Positions 47,117 through 57,282 of a stretch of 64,000 nt of DNA are shown here, in pieces. Made by a program: the position numbers and the translations under genes. The stretch is from assembly GCA_964394445.1 (NCBI GenBank), contig CAYMXO010000006.1:4211-68210 (forward strand). The letters are read 5' to 3'. The notes below the pieces were generated by a model that saw only the letters and a program-made list of their open reading frames with translations, had not been told where the DNA came from and made no database searches. Within the stretch, counting starts at the first letter, position 1; each line of letters begins with the position of its first letter. The stretch is from an uncultured Thiopseudomonas sp. GTDB lineage: Bacteria > Pseudomonadota > Gammaproteobacteria > Pseudomonadales > Pseudomonadaceae.

Positions 47117-48327
47117 TAGCCTGTCACCCTTTCAGGAACCGGTTTGGTCTTTTCCATTCTGGTGTAGAAAGGCATCAGAATGAAATACGCGAAGTAAAGT
47201 ACGGTACACACGCGCGACAGCAGAGTGAATTCGGGGGTTGGTGGCAGTACACCCATCACGCCCAGGATGACGAACGAGATGCAGAAGATCCACAGCCATA
47301 CCTTGCTCAGCCAGCCCTTGTAGCGCATGGAACGAACCGGACTGCGGTCGAGCCATGGCAGTACAAACAGCAGGGCAATGGAAGCACCCATCGCGATGAC
47401 ACCCATCAGCTTGTCAGGCACTGCACGCAGGATCGCGTAAAACGGGGTGAAGTACCACACAGGAGCAATATGCTCCGGGGTTTTCAGACCGTTGGCCTGC
47501 TCAAAGTTCGGACGCTCCAGGAAGTAGCCGCCAAACTCGGGCATGAAGAACACCACGAAGCAGAAGACAAACAGGAATACCACTACGCCGACAATGTCTT
47601 TGACAGTGTAGTACGGATGGAAAGGAATACCGTCCAGGGGTACGCCGTTTTCATCTTTCAGCTTTTTGATGTCAACGCCATCAGGGTTGTTGGAACCCAC
47701 TTCGTGCAGAGCCAGGATATGCAGCACAACCAGCGCCAGCAAAACGATCGGCACAGCAATCACGTGCAGGGCGAAGAAGCGGTTCAGGGTGATGCCGGAG
47801 ATCAGGTAGTCACCACGGATCCACTCGGTCAGGTCGGCACCAATCACCGGAATTGCACCAAACAGGGAGATGATCACCTGGGCGCCCCAGTAGGACATTT
47901 GACCCCATGGCAGCAGGTAGCCCATAAAGGCTTCGGCCATCAGCGCCAGGTAGATCAGCATACCGAAAATCCAGACCAGCTCGCGTGGCTTCTGATAGGA
48001 GCCGTACAGCAGGCCGCGGAACATATGCAGGTACACCACCACAAAGAACGCGGAGGCGCCGGTGGAGTGCAGGTAGCGCAGGATCCAGCCGTATTCCACA
48101 TCACGCATGATGTATTCAACGGAGGCAAAAGCGCCTTCGGCGGACGGCTCATAGCTCATGGTCAGCCAGATGCCGGTAAGGATCTGGTTAACCAGAACCA
48201 GCAGTGCCAGGGAACCAAAGAAATAATAGAAGTTGAAGTTCTTTGGTGCGTAGTACTTGGATAGATGGTCTTCCCACATTTTGGTTGCGGGGAAGCGGGC
48301 ATCAACCCATTCCATGAACTTGCTCAT
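47116..48327 (-). CDS. petB: Cytochrome b of the bc1 complex
   Basis: 403 aa, PEWY-region equivalent (TPEHIAPVWYFTPFY), heme-ligand His pairs. Confidence 0.96.
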   Translation of the reverse strand: MSKFMEWVDARFPATKMWEDHLSKYYAPKNFNFYYFFGSLALLVLVNQILTGIWLTMSYEPSAEGAFASVEYIMRDVEYGWILRYLHSTGASAFFVVVYLHMFRGLLYGSYQKPRELVWIFGMLIYLALMAEAFMGYLLPWGQMSYWGAQVIISLFGAIPVIGADLTEWIRGDYLISGITLNRFFALHVIAVPIVLLALVVLHILALHEVGSNNPDGVDIKKLKDENGVPLDGIPFHPYYTVKDIVGVVVFLFVFCFVVFFMPEFGGYFLERPNFEQANGLKTPEHIAPVWYFTPFYAILRAVPDKLMGVIAMGASIALLFVLPWLDRSPVRSMRYKGWLSKVWLWIFCISFVILGVMGVLPPTPEFTLLSRVCTVLYFAYFILMPFYTRMEKTKPVPERVTG

Positions 48328-48920
48328 CAGGCAGTCTCCTCATCCACACCGATAATGACCACATCGTCCGTTTCGTAGGCGTGCGGAGGGATCGGCAGGT
48401 TCAGGGGTGCTGGCTGGGCCTTGTAGACGCGGCCGGCCAGATCGTAACGGGAGCCATGGCAGGCACAGAAATAACCGCCAAGCCAGTCCGGACCCAGGTC
48501 GGCAGGTGCCACTTCAGGGCGGAAGGTCGGCGCACAGCCCAGGTGGGTACAGATACCCAGGACAATCAGCAGCTCCGAGCGGATCGCGCGGTTCTTTGGA
48601 TCCACGTATTCGGGCTGGTCGGAATCCTTGGACTCCGGGTCGGCCAGGACTGGTTCGAGTTTTTCCAGACCCGCCATGATTTCTGCTGTGCGACGAACCA
48701 CAAATACCGGCTGACCGCGCCACTCAGCTACAACCTGCTGACCCGCTTCAACCTTACTGATGTTGATTCGCACCGGTGCACCCGCCGCCTTGGCTTTGGC
48801 GCTGGGCTGCCATGACCCCAGAAACGGGATGGCTGCCCCGGCCGTTCCTGCTGCGCCTACCACGGAGGTAGCAGCAACAAGGAAGCGACGTCGGCCCGCA
48901 TTCACGCCGTCATTGCTCAT
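48327..48920 (-). CDS. petA: Rieske iron-sulfur subunit of the bc1 complex
   Basis: Tat motif GRRRFLV and Rieske boxes CTHLGC and CACHGS. Start at MSNDGVNAG (ATG 48920). Confidence 0.95.
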   Translation of the reverse strand: MSNDGVNAGRRRFLVAATSVVGAAGTAGAAIPFLGSWQPSAKAKAAGAPVRINISKVEAGQQVVAEWRGQPVFVVRRTAEIMAGLEKLEPVLADPESKDSDQPEYVDPKNRAIRSELLIVLGICTHLGCAPTFRPEVAPADLGPDWLGGYFCACHGSRYDLAGRVYKAQPAPLNLPIPPHAYETDDVVIIGVDEETA

Positions 48921-49117
48921 TAAGTTGTCTCCCATCAGCTCATCTGGCTTGTTATCAAGCCTATAGTCAGAAAAAACCGAATGTTTTTTCAATTGAACGA
49001 ATACTAAAGAAAAGCCATGCAATTGACAAGATTATAGCCTTGCCCAGCCGCGGCTTTCAGCCTCCGTATTACAGACACTTAAGCCTGATCAAAGCACCAG
49101 GCCGGCATCCGTCCTGC

Positions 49118-49156
49118 AAAAAAAACGCCCGTCCGGATACGGAGCGGGCGTTTTTT
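49118..49156 (-). terminator. Rho-independent terminator downstream of rpsI
   Basis: Hairpin CGCCCGTCCG-GATA-CGGAGCGGGCG (49126-49150), with A8 on the left and T6 on the right. Confidence 0.75.
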
Positions 49157-49181
49157 GTATAACGCAAAAGCGGCAGCTTCT

Positions 49182-49574
49182 TTAACGCTTGGAGAACTGT
49201 GGACGCTTGCGCGCTTTGCGCAGACCCACTTTCTTGCGTTCAACCTCACGCGCGTCACGAGTTACAAAGCCAGCCTTGCGCAGTTCGCCACGCAGGGTTT
49301 CATCGTACTCGATTAGCGCACGGGTGATACCGTGACGAATTGCCCCAGCCTGGCCGGTAGTACCACCACCGGAGACAGTGACGAACACATCGAATTTCTC
49401 CATGCTTTCGGTCAGTTCCAGCGGCTGACGCACCATCATGCGTGCAGTTTCACGGCCGAAGAAGTCTTCCAGGCTGCGGCTGTTGATGGAAATGCTGCCA
49501 GTACCCGGACGCAGAAATACGCGAGCGGTTGCAGTCTTGCGACGGCCAGTGCCGTAGTTTTGATTTGCGGACAT
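49182..49574 (-). CDS. rpsI: 30S ribosomal protein S9
   Basis: 130 aa ending ...[14 protein letters not shown]. Confidence 0.98.
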   Translation of the reverse strand: MSANQNYGTGRRKTATARVFLRPGTGSISINSRSLEDFFGRETARMMVRQPLELTESMEKFDVFVTVSGGGTTGQAGAIRHGITRALIEYDETLRGELRKAGFVTRDAREVERKKVGLRKARKRPQFSKR

Positions 49575-49589
49575 GATCTGATATTCCCG

Positions 49590-50018
49590 TTAAATCTTCA
49601 GTTCTTGTGGCTGCTGTGCAGCGTGCGGATGCTCGGTACCAGCATAGACTTTCAGCTTGCGGTACATGTCGCGACCCAGAGGATTCTTGGGCAGCATGCC
49701 TTTTACGGCACCTTCGATCACGCGCTCGGGGGCACGTTCGATCAGCTTCTCGAAGCTGATTTCCTTGATGCCGCCGGGATAGCCGGTGTGAGAATAGTAA
49801 ATCTTGTCGGTGTTCTTCTTGCCGGTCACGCACACTTTCTCGGCGTTGATGACAACAATATAGTCACCGGTATCAACGTGTGGCGTGTACTCGGGCTTGT
49901 GCTTGCCGCGCAGGCGACGTGCCACTTCAGTCGCCAAACGACCCAAGGTCTGGCCTGTCGCGTCGATCACGTACCAGTCGCGCTTGACTGTTTCTGGTTT
50001 TGCACTAAAAGTTTTCAT
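49590..50018 (-). CDS. rplM: 50S ribosomal protein L13
   Basis: [41 protein letters not shown]... Confidence 0.98.
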   Translation of the reverse strand: MKTFSAKPETVKRDWYVIDATGQTLGRLATEVARRLRGKHKPEYTPHVDTGDYIVVINAEKVCVTGKKNTDKIYYSHTGYPGGIKEISFEKLIERAPERVIEGAVKGMLPKNPLGRDMYRKLKVYAGTEHPHAAQQPQELKI

Positions 50019-50211
50019 TCGTTATGGCCTCGGGACCGCACTGCAAATGGCGGTAACTCCTAATGAATAATCTGATTCTTGGCTGGCAGGACGCCTGCTT
50101 GCACTACTTCGTGGGGGCTCGGGTCTCGCGCAATAGTCATCCTGTACGGCGAACTTGGCATCTCTTCGCCTGTCCCTCTGCCGGTAGGCTGTCCGGCAAA
50201 AAGAGTCGGAC

Positions 50212-50240
50212 AATTATGCCCGGCTACAAAAAAATTGCAA
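50212..50240 (-). promoter_or_regulatory. Candidate sigma70 promoter of rplM-rpsI
   Basis: On the minus strand: TTGCAA (50235-50240), a 17-nt spacer, ATAATT (50212-50217). This implies a structured leader of about 185 nt before the rplM ATG. Confidence 0.5.
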
Positions 50241-50368
50241 CCTTGAATCAGTCGACCGCCACCACAGACTTTGCCATACACGAGGACAGGCAGCTAATAT
50301 AACCTTTTACAGATCTGTCTCATCTGACGCCCGGCCTTGCCGGCCGTATCTCCACACTGGAGTGTGTC

Positions 50369-52210
50369 ATGTACTTTCCACCGCTGTTTTCAGCGCTACG
50401 TCAAAGTTTCAAGGCGGGCTACACCTTTTCCACCCTGCGCGGGGACATCAGCGCCGGCATCACCATCGGCATCATTGCCATTCCACTGGCCATGGCCCTG
50501 TCTATCGCCGTTGGCGCCGCCCCCCAGCACGGCCTTTACACCACCCTGATCGCCGGCTCGCTAATTGCCCTGACCGGCGGCTCGCGCTTTAACGTCTCCG
50601 GCCCCACTGCAGCCTTTGTCGTCATCCTGCTGCCCATCACGCAAAATTTCGGTCTGGGCGGCCTGCTGCTGTGTACCCTGATGGCAGGCGTCATCCTGAT
50701 TGTCATGGGCGTGCTGCGCGCCGGCGCATTGCTACAGTACATCCCCTACCCGGTGGTATTGGGATTCACCGCAGGAATTGGCGTGGTCATCGCCACCCTG
50801 CAAATTCCCGATGCCTTTGGCCTGGGCGACCTGGGCACGACCAACAACTATATCGAACGCGTACAGAGTATAGCCGCCGGGCTGCCGAACATCCGCCTTG
50901 GCGACACCCTGGTCGGTGCACTGACCCTGAGTACCCTGATCATCTGGCCCAAGCTCTTTCCCAAGATTCCCGGTCACCTGATTGCCCTGGTGCTTGGCTC
51001 GCTGCTAGGCCTTGTCCTGGTATATGCCGGTACTGACGTGGCAGTGCTGGGTGACCGGTTCAGCTATGAGGTCGACGGCGTCAGTCATCCGGGCATTCCA
51101 CCTTTTTTGCCAGACTTTGTCCTGCCCTGGAATCTGCCCGGTCCCAATGGTCAGCCACTGGTGCTGAGCTTCGAGCTGTTCCGCCAGCTGCTGGCACCGG
51201 CCTTCGCCATCGCCATGCTCGGTGCCATCGAGTCATTGCTGTGCGCCGTGATTGCTGACGGCATGGCCGGCACCCGCCACGACCCCAACGGCGAGCTGCT
51301 CGGCCAGGGGATCGGCAACCTGGTGGCCCCGTTGTTTGGCGGGATCACCGCCACCGCGGCCATTGCCCGCAGTGCCGCCAACGTGCGTGCCGGAGCATTC
51401 TCCCCGATTGCCGCCATCATCCATGCCGGCGTGGTCCTGCTCGCCATCCTGGTACTGGCACCCATCTTTACCCACCTGCCGATGGCCGCCCTGGCCGCCA
51501 TGCTGCTGGTGGTTGCCTGGAACATGAGCGAACCCAAGCATGTCTGGCACACCTTGCGCATTGCGCCCCGTAACGACGTACTGGTACTGCTGACCTGCCT
51601 GATTCTGACGGTGCTGTTCGACATGGTGCTGGCCGTCGGCGTCGGTTTGCTGCTGGCTGCCGGACTGTTCATCAAGAGCATGAGCGACTGGACCGATACC
51701 GCCAGTATCGACCGCAAACAGTTTGGCGAGCTGCAGGACCTGCCCGATTCGGTTGCCCTGTATGCCATTAGTGGACCGCTGTTTTTTGCCGCGGCCGAAA
51801 AAGCGCTAAATACCCTGCGCCGGTTTTCGCCCGGACTGCAACTGGTGATCATCGACATGCGGGCGGTACCCATGCTGGACATGACGGCACTGGCGGCACT
51901 GGGCAGCGTGGTCGCCGATTACCACAAGCAGGGTATCGGCATCATTTTCATGGGTGCCTCATCGCGGGTGCGGCGCAAAATGCGCCGTGCTGGCATTCAC
52001 GTGGAGAAAAACATGCTGGCCAACGCCGCCACACCGTCCCAGGCGCGGGATCGCGCCCAGGGCTGGCTACGTGCCCGCGGCATAATACCAGAGGCGACTG
52101 CAGCCCGCACAACAGATACTTCCGAGCATGACCACGGCACCGAAGATCCGGCGGACACTCCTGCAAACGGTCAACAGGAAACCGACAAGCATGAACATGA
52201 ACCAATATAA
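50369..52210 (+). CDS. SulP-family anion transporter with a C-terminal STAS domain
   Basis: 613 aa, polytopic. Sulfate-transporter N-motif (LRGDISAGITIGIIAIPLAMA), STAS domain (...LVIIDMRAVPMLDMTAL...), and an acidic/His-rich tail. Confidence 0.9.
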   Translation: MYFPPLFSALRQSFKAGYTFSTLRGDISAGITIGIIAIPLAMALSIAVGAAPQHGLYTTLIAGSLIALTGGSRFNVSGPTAAFVVILLPITQNFGLGGLLLCTLMAGVILIVMGVLRAGALLQYIPYPVVLGFTAGIGVVIATLQIPDAFGLGDLGTTNNYIERVQSIAAGLPNIRLGDTLVGALTLSTLIIWPKLFPKIPGHLIALVLGSLLGLVLVYAGTDVAVLGDRFSYEVDGVSHPGIPPFLPDFVLPWNLPGPNGQPLVLSFELFRQLLAPAFAIAMLGAIESLLCAVIADGMAGTRHDPNGELLGQGIGNLVAPLFGGITATAAIARSAANVRAGAFSPIAAIIHAGVVLLAILVLAPIFTHLPMAALAAMLLVVAWNMSEPKHVWHTLRIAPRNDVLVLLTCLILTVLFDMVLAVGVGLLLAAGLFIKSMSDWTDTASIDRKQFGELQDLPDSVALYAISGPLFFAAAEKALNTLRRFSPGLQLVIIDMRAVPMLDMTALAALGSVVADYHKQGIGIIFMGASSRVRRKMRRAGIHVEKNMLANAATPSQARDRAQGWLRARGIIPEATAARTTDTSEHDHGTEDPADTPANGQQETDKHEHEPI

Positions 52211-52985
52211 CTCCCGTCCCATCGTCCTCTGTCTGTCCGGTCACGACCCAATTGGCGGTGCCGGCTTGCAGGCCGACATCGAGGCAATTGCGGCACAGCA
52301 ATGCCATGCGGCACCTGCAGTGACCGCACTGACCATTCAGGATACGGTGAACGTCAGCAATTTCCGCGTGCTTGATCACGACTGGATCACCGCCCAGGCG
52401 CGCGCCATTCTCAACGACGTGCCGGTTGCCGCCGTCAAGCTGGGCATGCTGGGCTCCAGTGAAATGGTTCGCACGGCCTGCGAGATCCTGCACATGGCCC
52501 CAGACGCCCCCGTGGTCTGCGATCCGGTATTGCGCGCCGAAGGTGGTGGCTCGCTGGGTGAGGATGATGTGGGCTTTGTACTGCGTGAAGAACTGTTGCC
52601 ACTGGCGCTGATAGCCACTCCCAATTTGCCGGAAGCGCGCATCATGGCCAAGCTGCCCGAAGGCAGCCCGGACGAGTGTGCCGGCGTGTTGCTCAAGCAC
52701 TGCAAAAACGTGCTGATCACCGGCGGGCACGGCCCGGAAAACCAGCTGCACAACCGTCTGTATCTGCAGGACGGTAGCCGCCAGGACATCATCCAGCCGC
52801 GGCTGCCCGGTAAATATCATGGCTCCGGCTGCACCCTGGCCAGCGCCCTGGCCGGCCGCCTGGCGCTTGGAGAAGAGCTGGCCAGTGCAGTACGCACAGC
52901 GCTGGACTACACCTGGCGGACCCTGCGCGATGCCGAAGCACCCGGCAAAGGGCAGTACATACCACGGCGCATCCCCATCGCCTAG
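52191..52985 (+). CDS. thiD: Hydroxymethylpyrimidine / phosphomethylpyrimidine kinase ThiD
   Basis: VLCLSGHDPIGGAGLQADI..., PNLPEA, GSGCTLASALA. ATG 52191 overlaps the SulP 3' end by 20 nt. Confidence 0.92.
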   Translation: MNMNQYNSRPIVLCLSGHDPIGGAGLQADIEAIAAQQCHAAPAVTALTIQDTVNVSNFRVLDHDWITAQARAILNDVPVAAVKLGMLGSSEMVRTACEILHMAPDAPVVCDPVLRAEGGGSLGEDDVGFVLREELLPLALIATPNLPEARIMAKLPEGSPDECAGVLLKHCKNVLITGGHGPENQLHNRLYLQDGSRQDIIQPRLPGKYHGSGCTLASALAGRLALGEELASAVRTALDYTWRTLRDAEAPGKGQYIPRRIPIA

Positions 52986-53141
52986 CCCCTTACCAATAGC
53001 ACTGCCTGGCAATGATTGCAACAAACCAGCCACAGGCCCCTCTTCCATGCGGCAAACTGCCCGCTTGCCGGCAACGGTAACCGGTCTAGGATAGAGTGCG
53101 CAGCCCGTCTGCACCCTTCAAGCATCTGTAGCGAGAACACC

Positions 53142-53699
53142 ATGAAACGCAGAACCCTGTTAAAAGCCGCCGGACTGACCGCAACCGGCATGACCGCTTT
53201 CACCGGTATTGGCACCAGTGTGCTGGCAGGCCAGCAACCAGCAATCCGCACCGACCCAAAGCCACTGGACAACGAACTGGACAAATATCCACGCTGCGTC
53301 ATCTGCAACATGGACCGGCGCAAGTTCCATTACTCAAGACACCTGCTGCACTATGGCGATCAACATGCAGAAGGAACCTGCTCGATCAACTGTACCAGCG
53401 AAGCCATGCTGCGTGAGCGCAAGCGCGGCTTTACTGCTGTTTATGCGGCAGATTACGCAGCTGCCAGCGAACCCAAACCCCTGCTTGAGGCTTCTTCTGC
53501 CACCTATCTGATTGGGTCCAGCCTAAAAGGTGTCATGACGCCAATCAGCAAGCACTCCTTTGCCGACCGTGCCAGCGCGGAAGCCGAGCAGGCCCGCTCC
53601 GGCGGGCAGCTGGCGGACTTCAACCAGGCTGTCAGCGCCTCCCTGGAAGACTACGCCCAAATGCTGACCCGGCGCTACGCCAGCGACCGGAGTCGCTAA
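53142..53699 (+). CDS. Tat-signal periplasmic Cys-rich protein, NosL/TRASH-like putative metal-binding domain
   Basis: [22 protein letters not shown] (twin-arginine signal). CVIC-x24-CSINC cysteine pattern. The C-terminal half resembles the NosL family. Family-level call from memory. Confidence 0.55.
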   Translation: MKRRTLLKAAGLTATGMTAFTGIGTSVLAGQQPAIRTDPKPLDNELDKYPRCVICNMDRRKFHYSRHLLHYGDQHAEGTCSINCTSEAMLRERKRGFTAVYAADYAAASEPKPLLEASSATYLIGSSLKGVMTPISKHSFADRASAEAEQARSGGQLADFNQAVSASLEDYAQMLTRRYASDRSR

Positions 53700-53814
53700 A
53701 AGGCACGCCGGCAGGCACTGCCCACGGCGCGCGGCCTGTGGCATGATGTCGCTCGTGCAAAAACGGGCTGCCCGAGAAGCCGCCATCAAACAATTCCAGA
53801 CAGGAGCCATCATC

Positions 53815-54447
53815 GTGCACTCTTCCGGCCTGCATGGCCTGTATGCCATTACCGACAGCCAGCTTCTTGCCGATGGCCGCCTGCTGCCCTGGTGCGAGGC
53901 TGCGCTGAAAGGAGGCGCACGACTGTTGCAATACCGCGACAAAAGCGGAAATGACGAACAGCGCTACCGTGAAGCCAGCAGTTTGCTGGCGTTATGTGAA
54001 CGCTACGATGCCCGCCTGGTCATCAATGACGACCTGCAACTGGCCGCGCGCCTCGGCTGTGACCTGCACCTTGGTCAGGAAGACGGCAGCCTGGCAGCCG
54101 CCCGGGAACAACTCGGCAAACAGGCCATCATTGGCGCAACCTGTCATCACCATTTGCACCTTGCACGGCAGGCAGTCGCAGAGGGTGCCAGCTATGTAGC
54201 CTTCGGCCGCTTTTTCGGTTCAAAAACCAAACCCGGCGAAGTGCTGGCCGATATACAGTTGCTGCAACAGGCACAACAGCTGGGCGTACCTGCCGTTGCC
54301 ATCGGCGGGATCAGCCTGGATAACGCCGCCCCCCTGATCGGCGGCGGAGCTGCTATGATAGCCGTCATTCATGCACTGTTTGCCGCGCCCACAGCTGCAG
54401 AGGTCGAGCGACGTGCGCGCGTCTTTAGCCAGCTGTTTCATTCCTAG
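53815..54447 (+). CDS. thiE: Thiamine-phosphate synthase ThiE
   Basis: LHGLYAITD..., LLQYRDK, INDD, HLGQED, VAIGGI. I propose GTG 53815 (CAGGAG 8 nt upstream, ~210 aa). The track ORF starts at 53743. Confidence 0.9.
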   Translation: MHSSGLHGLYAITDSQLLADGRLLPWCEAALKGGARLLQYRDKSGNDEQRYREASSLLALCERYDARLVINDDLQLAARLGCDLHLGQEDGSLAAAREQLGKQAIIGATCHHHLHLARQAVAEGASYVAFGRFFGSKTKPGEVLADIQLLQQAQQLGVPAVAIGGISLDNAAPLIGGGAAMIAVIHALFAAPTAAEVERRARVFSQLFHS

Positions 54448-54530
54448 CCGATCCCGACAGGCCGGCCCGGTGTGTGCATGTTTCGCGGCAGACCACAACG
54501 CCTTTTATCCCAGTACCACAGGAGCCTTAC

Positions 54531-55811
54531 ATGTCCCGTTCCGCAACCCTGTTTGAAAATGCCCAGCAGCACATTCCCGGTGGCGTCAACTCGCCGGTCC
54601 GCGCCTTTGCCGGCGTCGGTGGCACCCCCCTGTTTTTCAAGCACGCCGAAGGCGCCTATGTGGTGGACGAGGACGACAAGCGCTATGTGGACTACATCGG
54701 CTCCTGGGGCCCGATGATTCTCGGTCATGGCCATCCGCAGGTGCTGGATGCGGTACGCAACCAGCTGCAACACGGTCTGTCTTACGGCGCGCCCACCGCG
54801 CTGGAAGTGGAAATGGCCGATCTGGTCAGCCAGCTGGTGCCTTCCATGGAAATGCTGCGCATGGTCAGCTCCGGCACCGAGGCCACCATGAGTGCCATTC
54901 GTCTGGCCCGTGGTTATACCGGCCGCGACAGCATCATCAAGTTTGAAGGCTGCTACCACGGCCACTCCGACAGCCTGCTGGTCAAGGCCGGCTCCGGCGC
55001 CCTGACCCTGGGCGTCCCCAGCTCGCCCGGTGTGCCGGCAGCTTTCGCACAACACACCATCACCCTGCCCTATAACGATCTGGCGGCGGTCGAGCAGTGC
55101 CTGCAAGAGAAAGGCGCAGAGATCGCCTGCATCATCATCGAGCCGGTGGCCGGCAACATGAACTGCATTCCACCCGCAGCAGGCTTCCACGAAGGCTTGC
55201 GCGCGCTGTGTGACGCGCACGGCGTGGTGCTGATTTTTGACGAGGTGATGACCGGCTTCCGCGTGTCCCTCGGCGGCGCCCAGGGCCATTACGGCATCAC
55301 GCCAGACCTGTCCACCTTCGGCAAGGTGATTGGCGGCGGCATGCCGGTCGGCTGCTTTGGCGGCAAAAAGGAAATCATGTCGCACATCGCCCCGCTTGGC
55401 CCGGTGTATCAGGCCGGCACATTGTCCGGTAACCCGCTGGCCATGGCGGCAGGCCTGGCGACACTGAAACTGGTCAGCCAGCCCGGTTTCCATGACCAGC
55501 TGAACGACTATGCCCAACGCCTGCTCAGCGGCCTGCAGGAACGCGCCGACGCCGCCGGCATCCCCTTCACCACCACCCAGGTGGGCGGCATGTTCGGCCT
55601 GTTCTTTTCCGACAACAAAGAGATTCACAACTTTGACGACGCCGTAGCCTGCGATGTGGAGCGCTTCAAGAAGTTCTTCCACCTGATGCTGGACGGCGGC
55701 GTCTATCTGGCGCCCAGCGCCTTCGAGGCCGGTTTTGTGTCCGCCGCCATGGGTGAAAAAGAGCTGCAAATCACCCTGGACGCTGCCGAAAAAGCCTTCA
55801 AGGCACTGTAA
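54531..55811 (+). CDS. hemL: Glutamate-1-semialdehyde 2,1-aminomutase
   Basis: [26 protein letters not shown]..., PLP lysine region [12 protein letters not shown]. 426 aa. Confidence 0.96.
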   Translation: MSRSATLFENAQQHIPGGVNSPVRAFAGVGGTPLFFKHAEGAYVVDEDDKRYVDYIGSWGPMILGHGHPQVLDAVRNQLQHGLSYGAPTALEVEMADLVSQLVPSMEMLRMVSSGTEATMSAIRLARGYTGRDSIIKFEGCYHGHSDSLLVKAGSGALTLGVPSSPGVPAAFAQHTITLPYNDLAAVEQCLQEKGAEIACIIIEPVAGNMNCIPPAAGFHEGLRALCDAHGVVLIFDEVMTGFRVSLGGAQGHYGITPDLSTFGKVIGGGMPVGCFGGKKEIMSHIAPLGPVYQAGTLSGNPLAMAAGLATLKLVSQPGFHDQLNDYAQRLLSGLQERADAAGIPFTTTQVGGMFGLFFSDNKEIHNFDDAVACDVERFKKFFHLMLDGGVYLAPSAFEAGFVSAAMGEKELQITLDAAEKAFKAL

Positions 55812-56097
55812 TCTTACGTACAGCCCGGACAGCACGCCGCTGCGCCGGGTTGCCAGCCAATGTATTGCACTAATGCAAGCAGCAAATATCTGAATGCTCC
55901 TTGAACCAGAGCCGGATTTTCTGCCTGCTGCCTTGCCCGGTTGCGGTAAAGCTGCCTAAATACCGGGCAACTTACTTAATCACCCAGAAGCTTCTGAATA
56001 CCGCCTGCCGTACAGAGTTGTCCGCAGCAAGCGTATTTGTACCGACTGCATACCCGCCTACAGGATCTCAGAGCTTCCGACACAAATCGGAGTGCCC

Positions 56098-56943
56098 ATG
56101 AATACTGCCAACACCGCCCCGGTCATCAACCTGCCACACAACGACTGGAATTTTACCCGGACCGACAACCCTGAACTGATTGACGGCCTGGAAGCCGGCA
56201 AGGTCCTCTGCTTCCCGCAACTTGCCTTTGAACTGACCGAAGAAGAATCACAACTGCTGGCTCCCTCCCTGGTCGACCCGAAGCGCAAGAACATCAGTCT
56301 GAATATTGATAAAAACCGTCTCAATGGCGTAGCTGATCCGGCCCACGAAGCTGTCGTACGTGGCCTGCTGGAGCGCTACCACCAGCACACCAAAAATCTG
56401 CTGGAAACCCTGTTGCCCGAATACCAGGGCAAGCTGCTGGAGCCGGTCAACAGCCTGCGCGTACACGAAATTAGCCAGTGGCAGGGCAAAAACTCCTGGC
56501 GCAAGGACGACACCCGACTGCACGTGGATGCCTTTCCCTCCCGTCCAATCCACGGCCAGCGCATCATCCGCGTGTTCAACAACATCAACCCCCATGGCGT
56601 GCCCAGGGTCTGGCGGGCTGGCGAGCCATTTGAGGATCTGGCCAAACGCCTGCTACCCCAGCTCAAGCCCTACTCCGCCCTGTCGGCCAAGCTACAGGCA
56701 GCACTGAAAATCACCAAGAGTCGCCGTAGCCACTACGACCACCTGATGCTGCAACTGCATGACGCAATGAAAGCCGACATGGACTACCAGAAAAACGGGC
56801 GTCAGTGGCAGCTGGATCTGCAGCCCGGCACCACCTGGATGGTATTTTCCGACCAGACACCGCATGCGGCCATGAGTGGTCAATACATGCTGGAGCAAAC
56901 TTTTCTACTGGACGTGGAAAGCCAGAAAAACCCCGGGCTTTAA
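56098..56943 (+). CDS. Kdo hydroxylase-like Fe(II)/2-oxoglutarate dioxygenase (KdoO / DUF2843 family)
   Basis: 281 aa with HxD (RLHVDAF, residues 142-144) and a distal His (TPHAAMSGQ, residue 256), spaced like the KdoO facial triad. Other blocks I associate with the family: KNIS, WRKDDTRLHVDAFPS, RVFNNINP, RVWR.GEPF, YDHLML.LHD.MK.D..YQ. Confidence 0.65.
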   Translation: MNTANTAPVINLPHNDWNFTRTDNPELIDGLEAGKVLCFPQLAFELTEEESQLLAPSLVDPKRKNISLNIDKNRLNGVADPAHEAVVRGLLERYHQHTKNLLETLLPEYQGKLLEPVNSLRVHEISQWQGKNSWRKDDTRLHVDAFPSRPIHGQRIIRVFNNINPHGVPRVWRAGEPFEDLAKRLLPQLKPYSALSAKLQAALKITKSRRSHYDHLMLQLHDAMKADMDYQKNGRQWQLDLQPGTTWMVFSDQTPHAAMSGQYMLEQTFLLDVESQKNPGL

Positions 56944-57282
56944 CCATTGCGGGTATTGGAGCGCCTGACCGGGCAGTCCCTGCTCAATCCGGCCTGACAC
57001 ACACCTGTTACACATGCAAGCACGGCGGCGGCTGGGTTTTCCGGCTTTTTATCACGGGACGCCCACTCATGCAGAGCCGCCTTCATGCCTAAAGCAACCC
57101 CGCTGCCCACGCAAACGGGTTGCCTACGCTCGCACTGTTCGGGCGCTGAAACACCGTAGTTACGCGGCACGGCACCATCCGGTGTGCAAGACCCGATGCA
57201 GGCAACCCTCTGGTCAATCAAAACTTTCAGCTTGATTTAAGGTTAGCTTCCTATCATGGCCTCACTACATTGGAGGTGTACC

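Noticed and set aside
50063-50302. 79-aa ORF in the rplM upstream region
   Set aside because: No Shine-Dalgarno and no homology recognised. It lies opposite the predicted rplM promoter and leader and overlaps them.
51948-53114. 388-aa ORF on the minus strand
   Set aside because: Antisense to the SulP 3' end and all of thiD. No domain signature.
52986-53814. Looked for a TPP riboswitch near thiD, the NosL-like gene and thiE
   Set aside because: I could not find the conserved CUGAGA ... ACCUGAUCUGGAUAAUGCCAGCG-type core. These genes are not usually TPP-riboswitch controlled, unlike thiC.
54444-55835. 463-aa ORF on the minus strand
   Set aside because: Antisense to hemL over its whole length. 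Repetitive Ala/Gly/His composition. hemL homology is decisive.
55901-56101. 66-aa TTG-initiated ORF between hemL and the kdoO-like gene
   Set aside because: No ribosome-binding site, odd composition, and it ends inside the start region of the next gene. Judged to be non-coding spacer.
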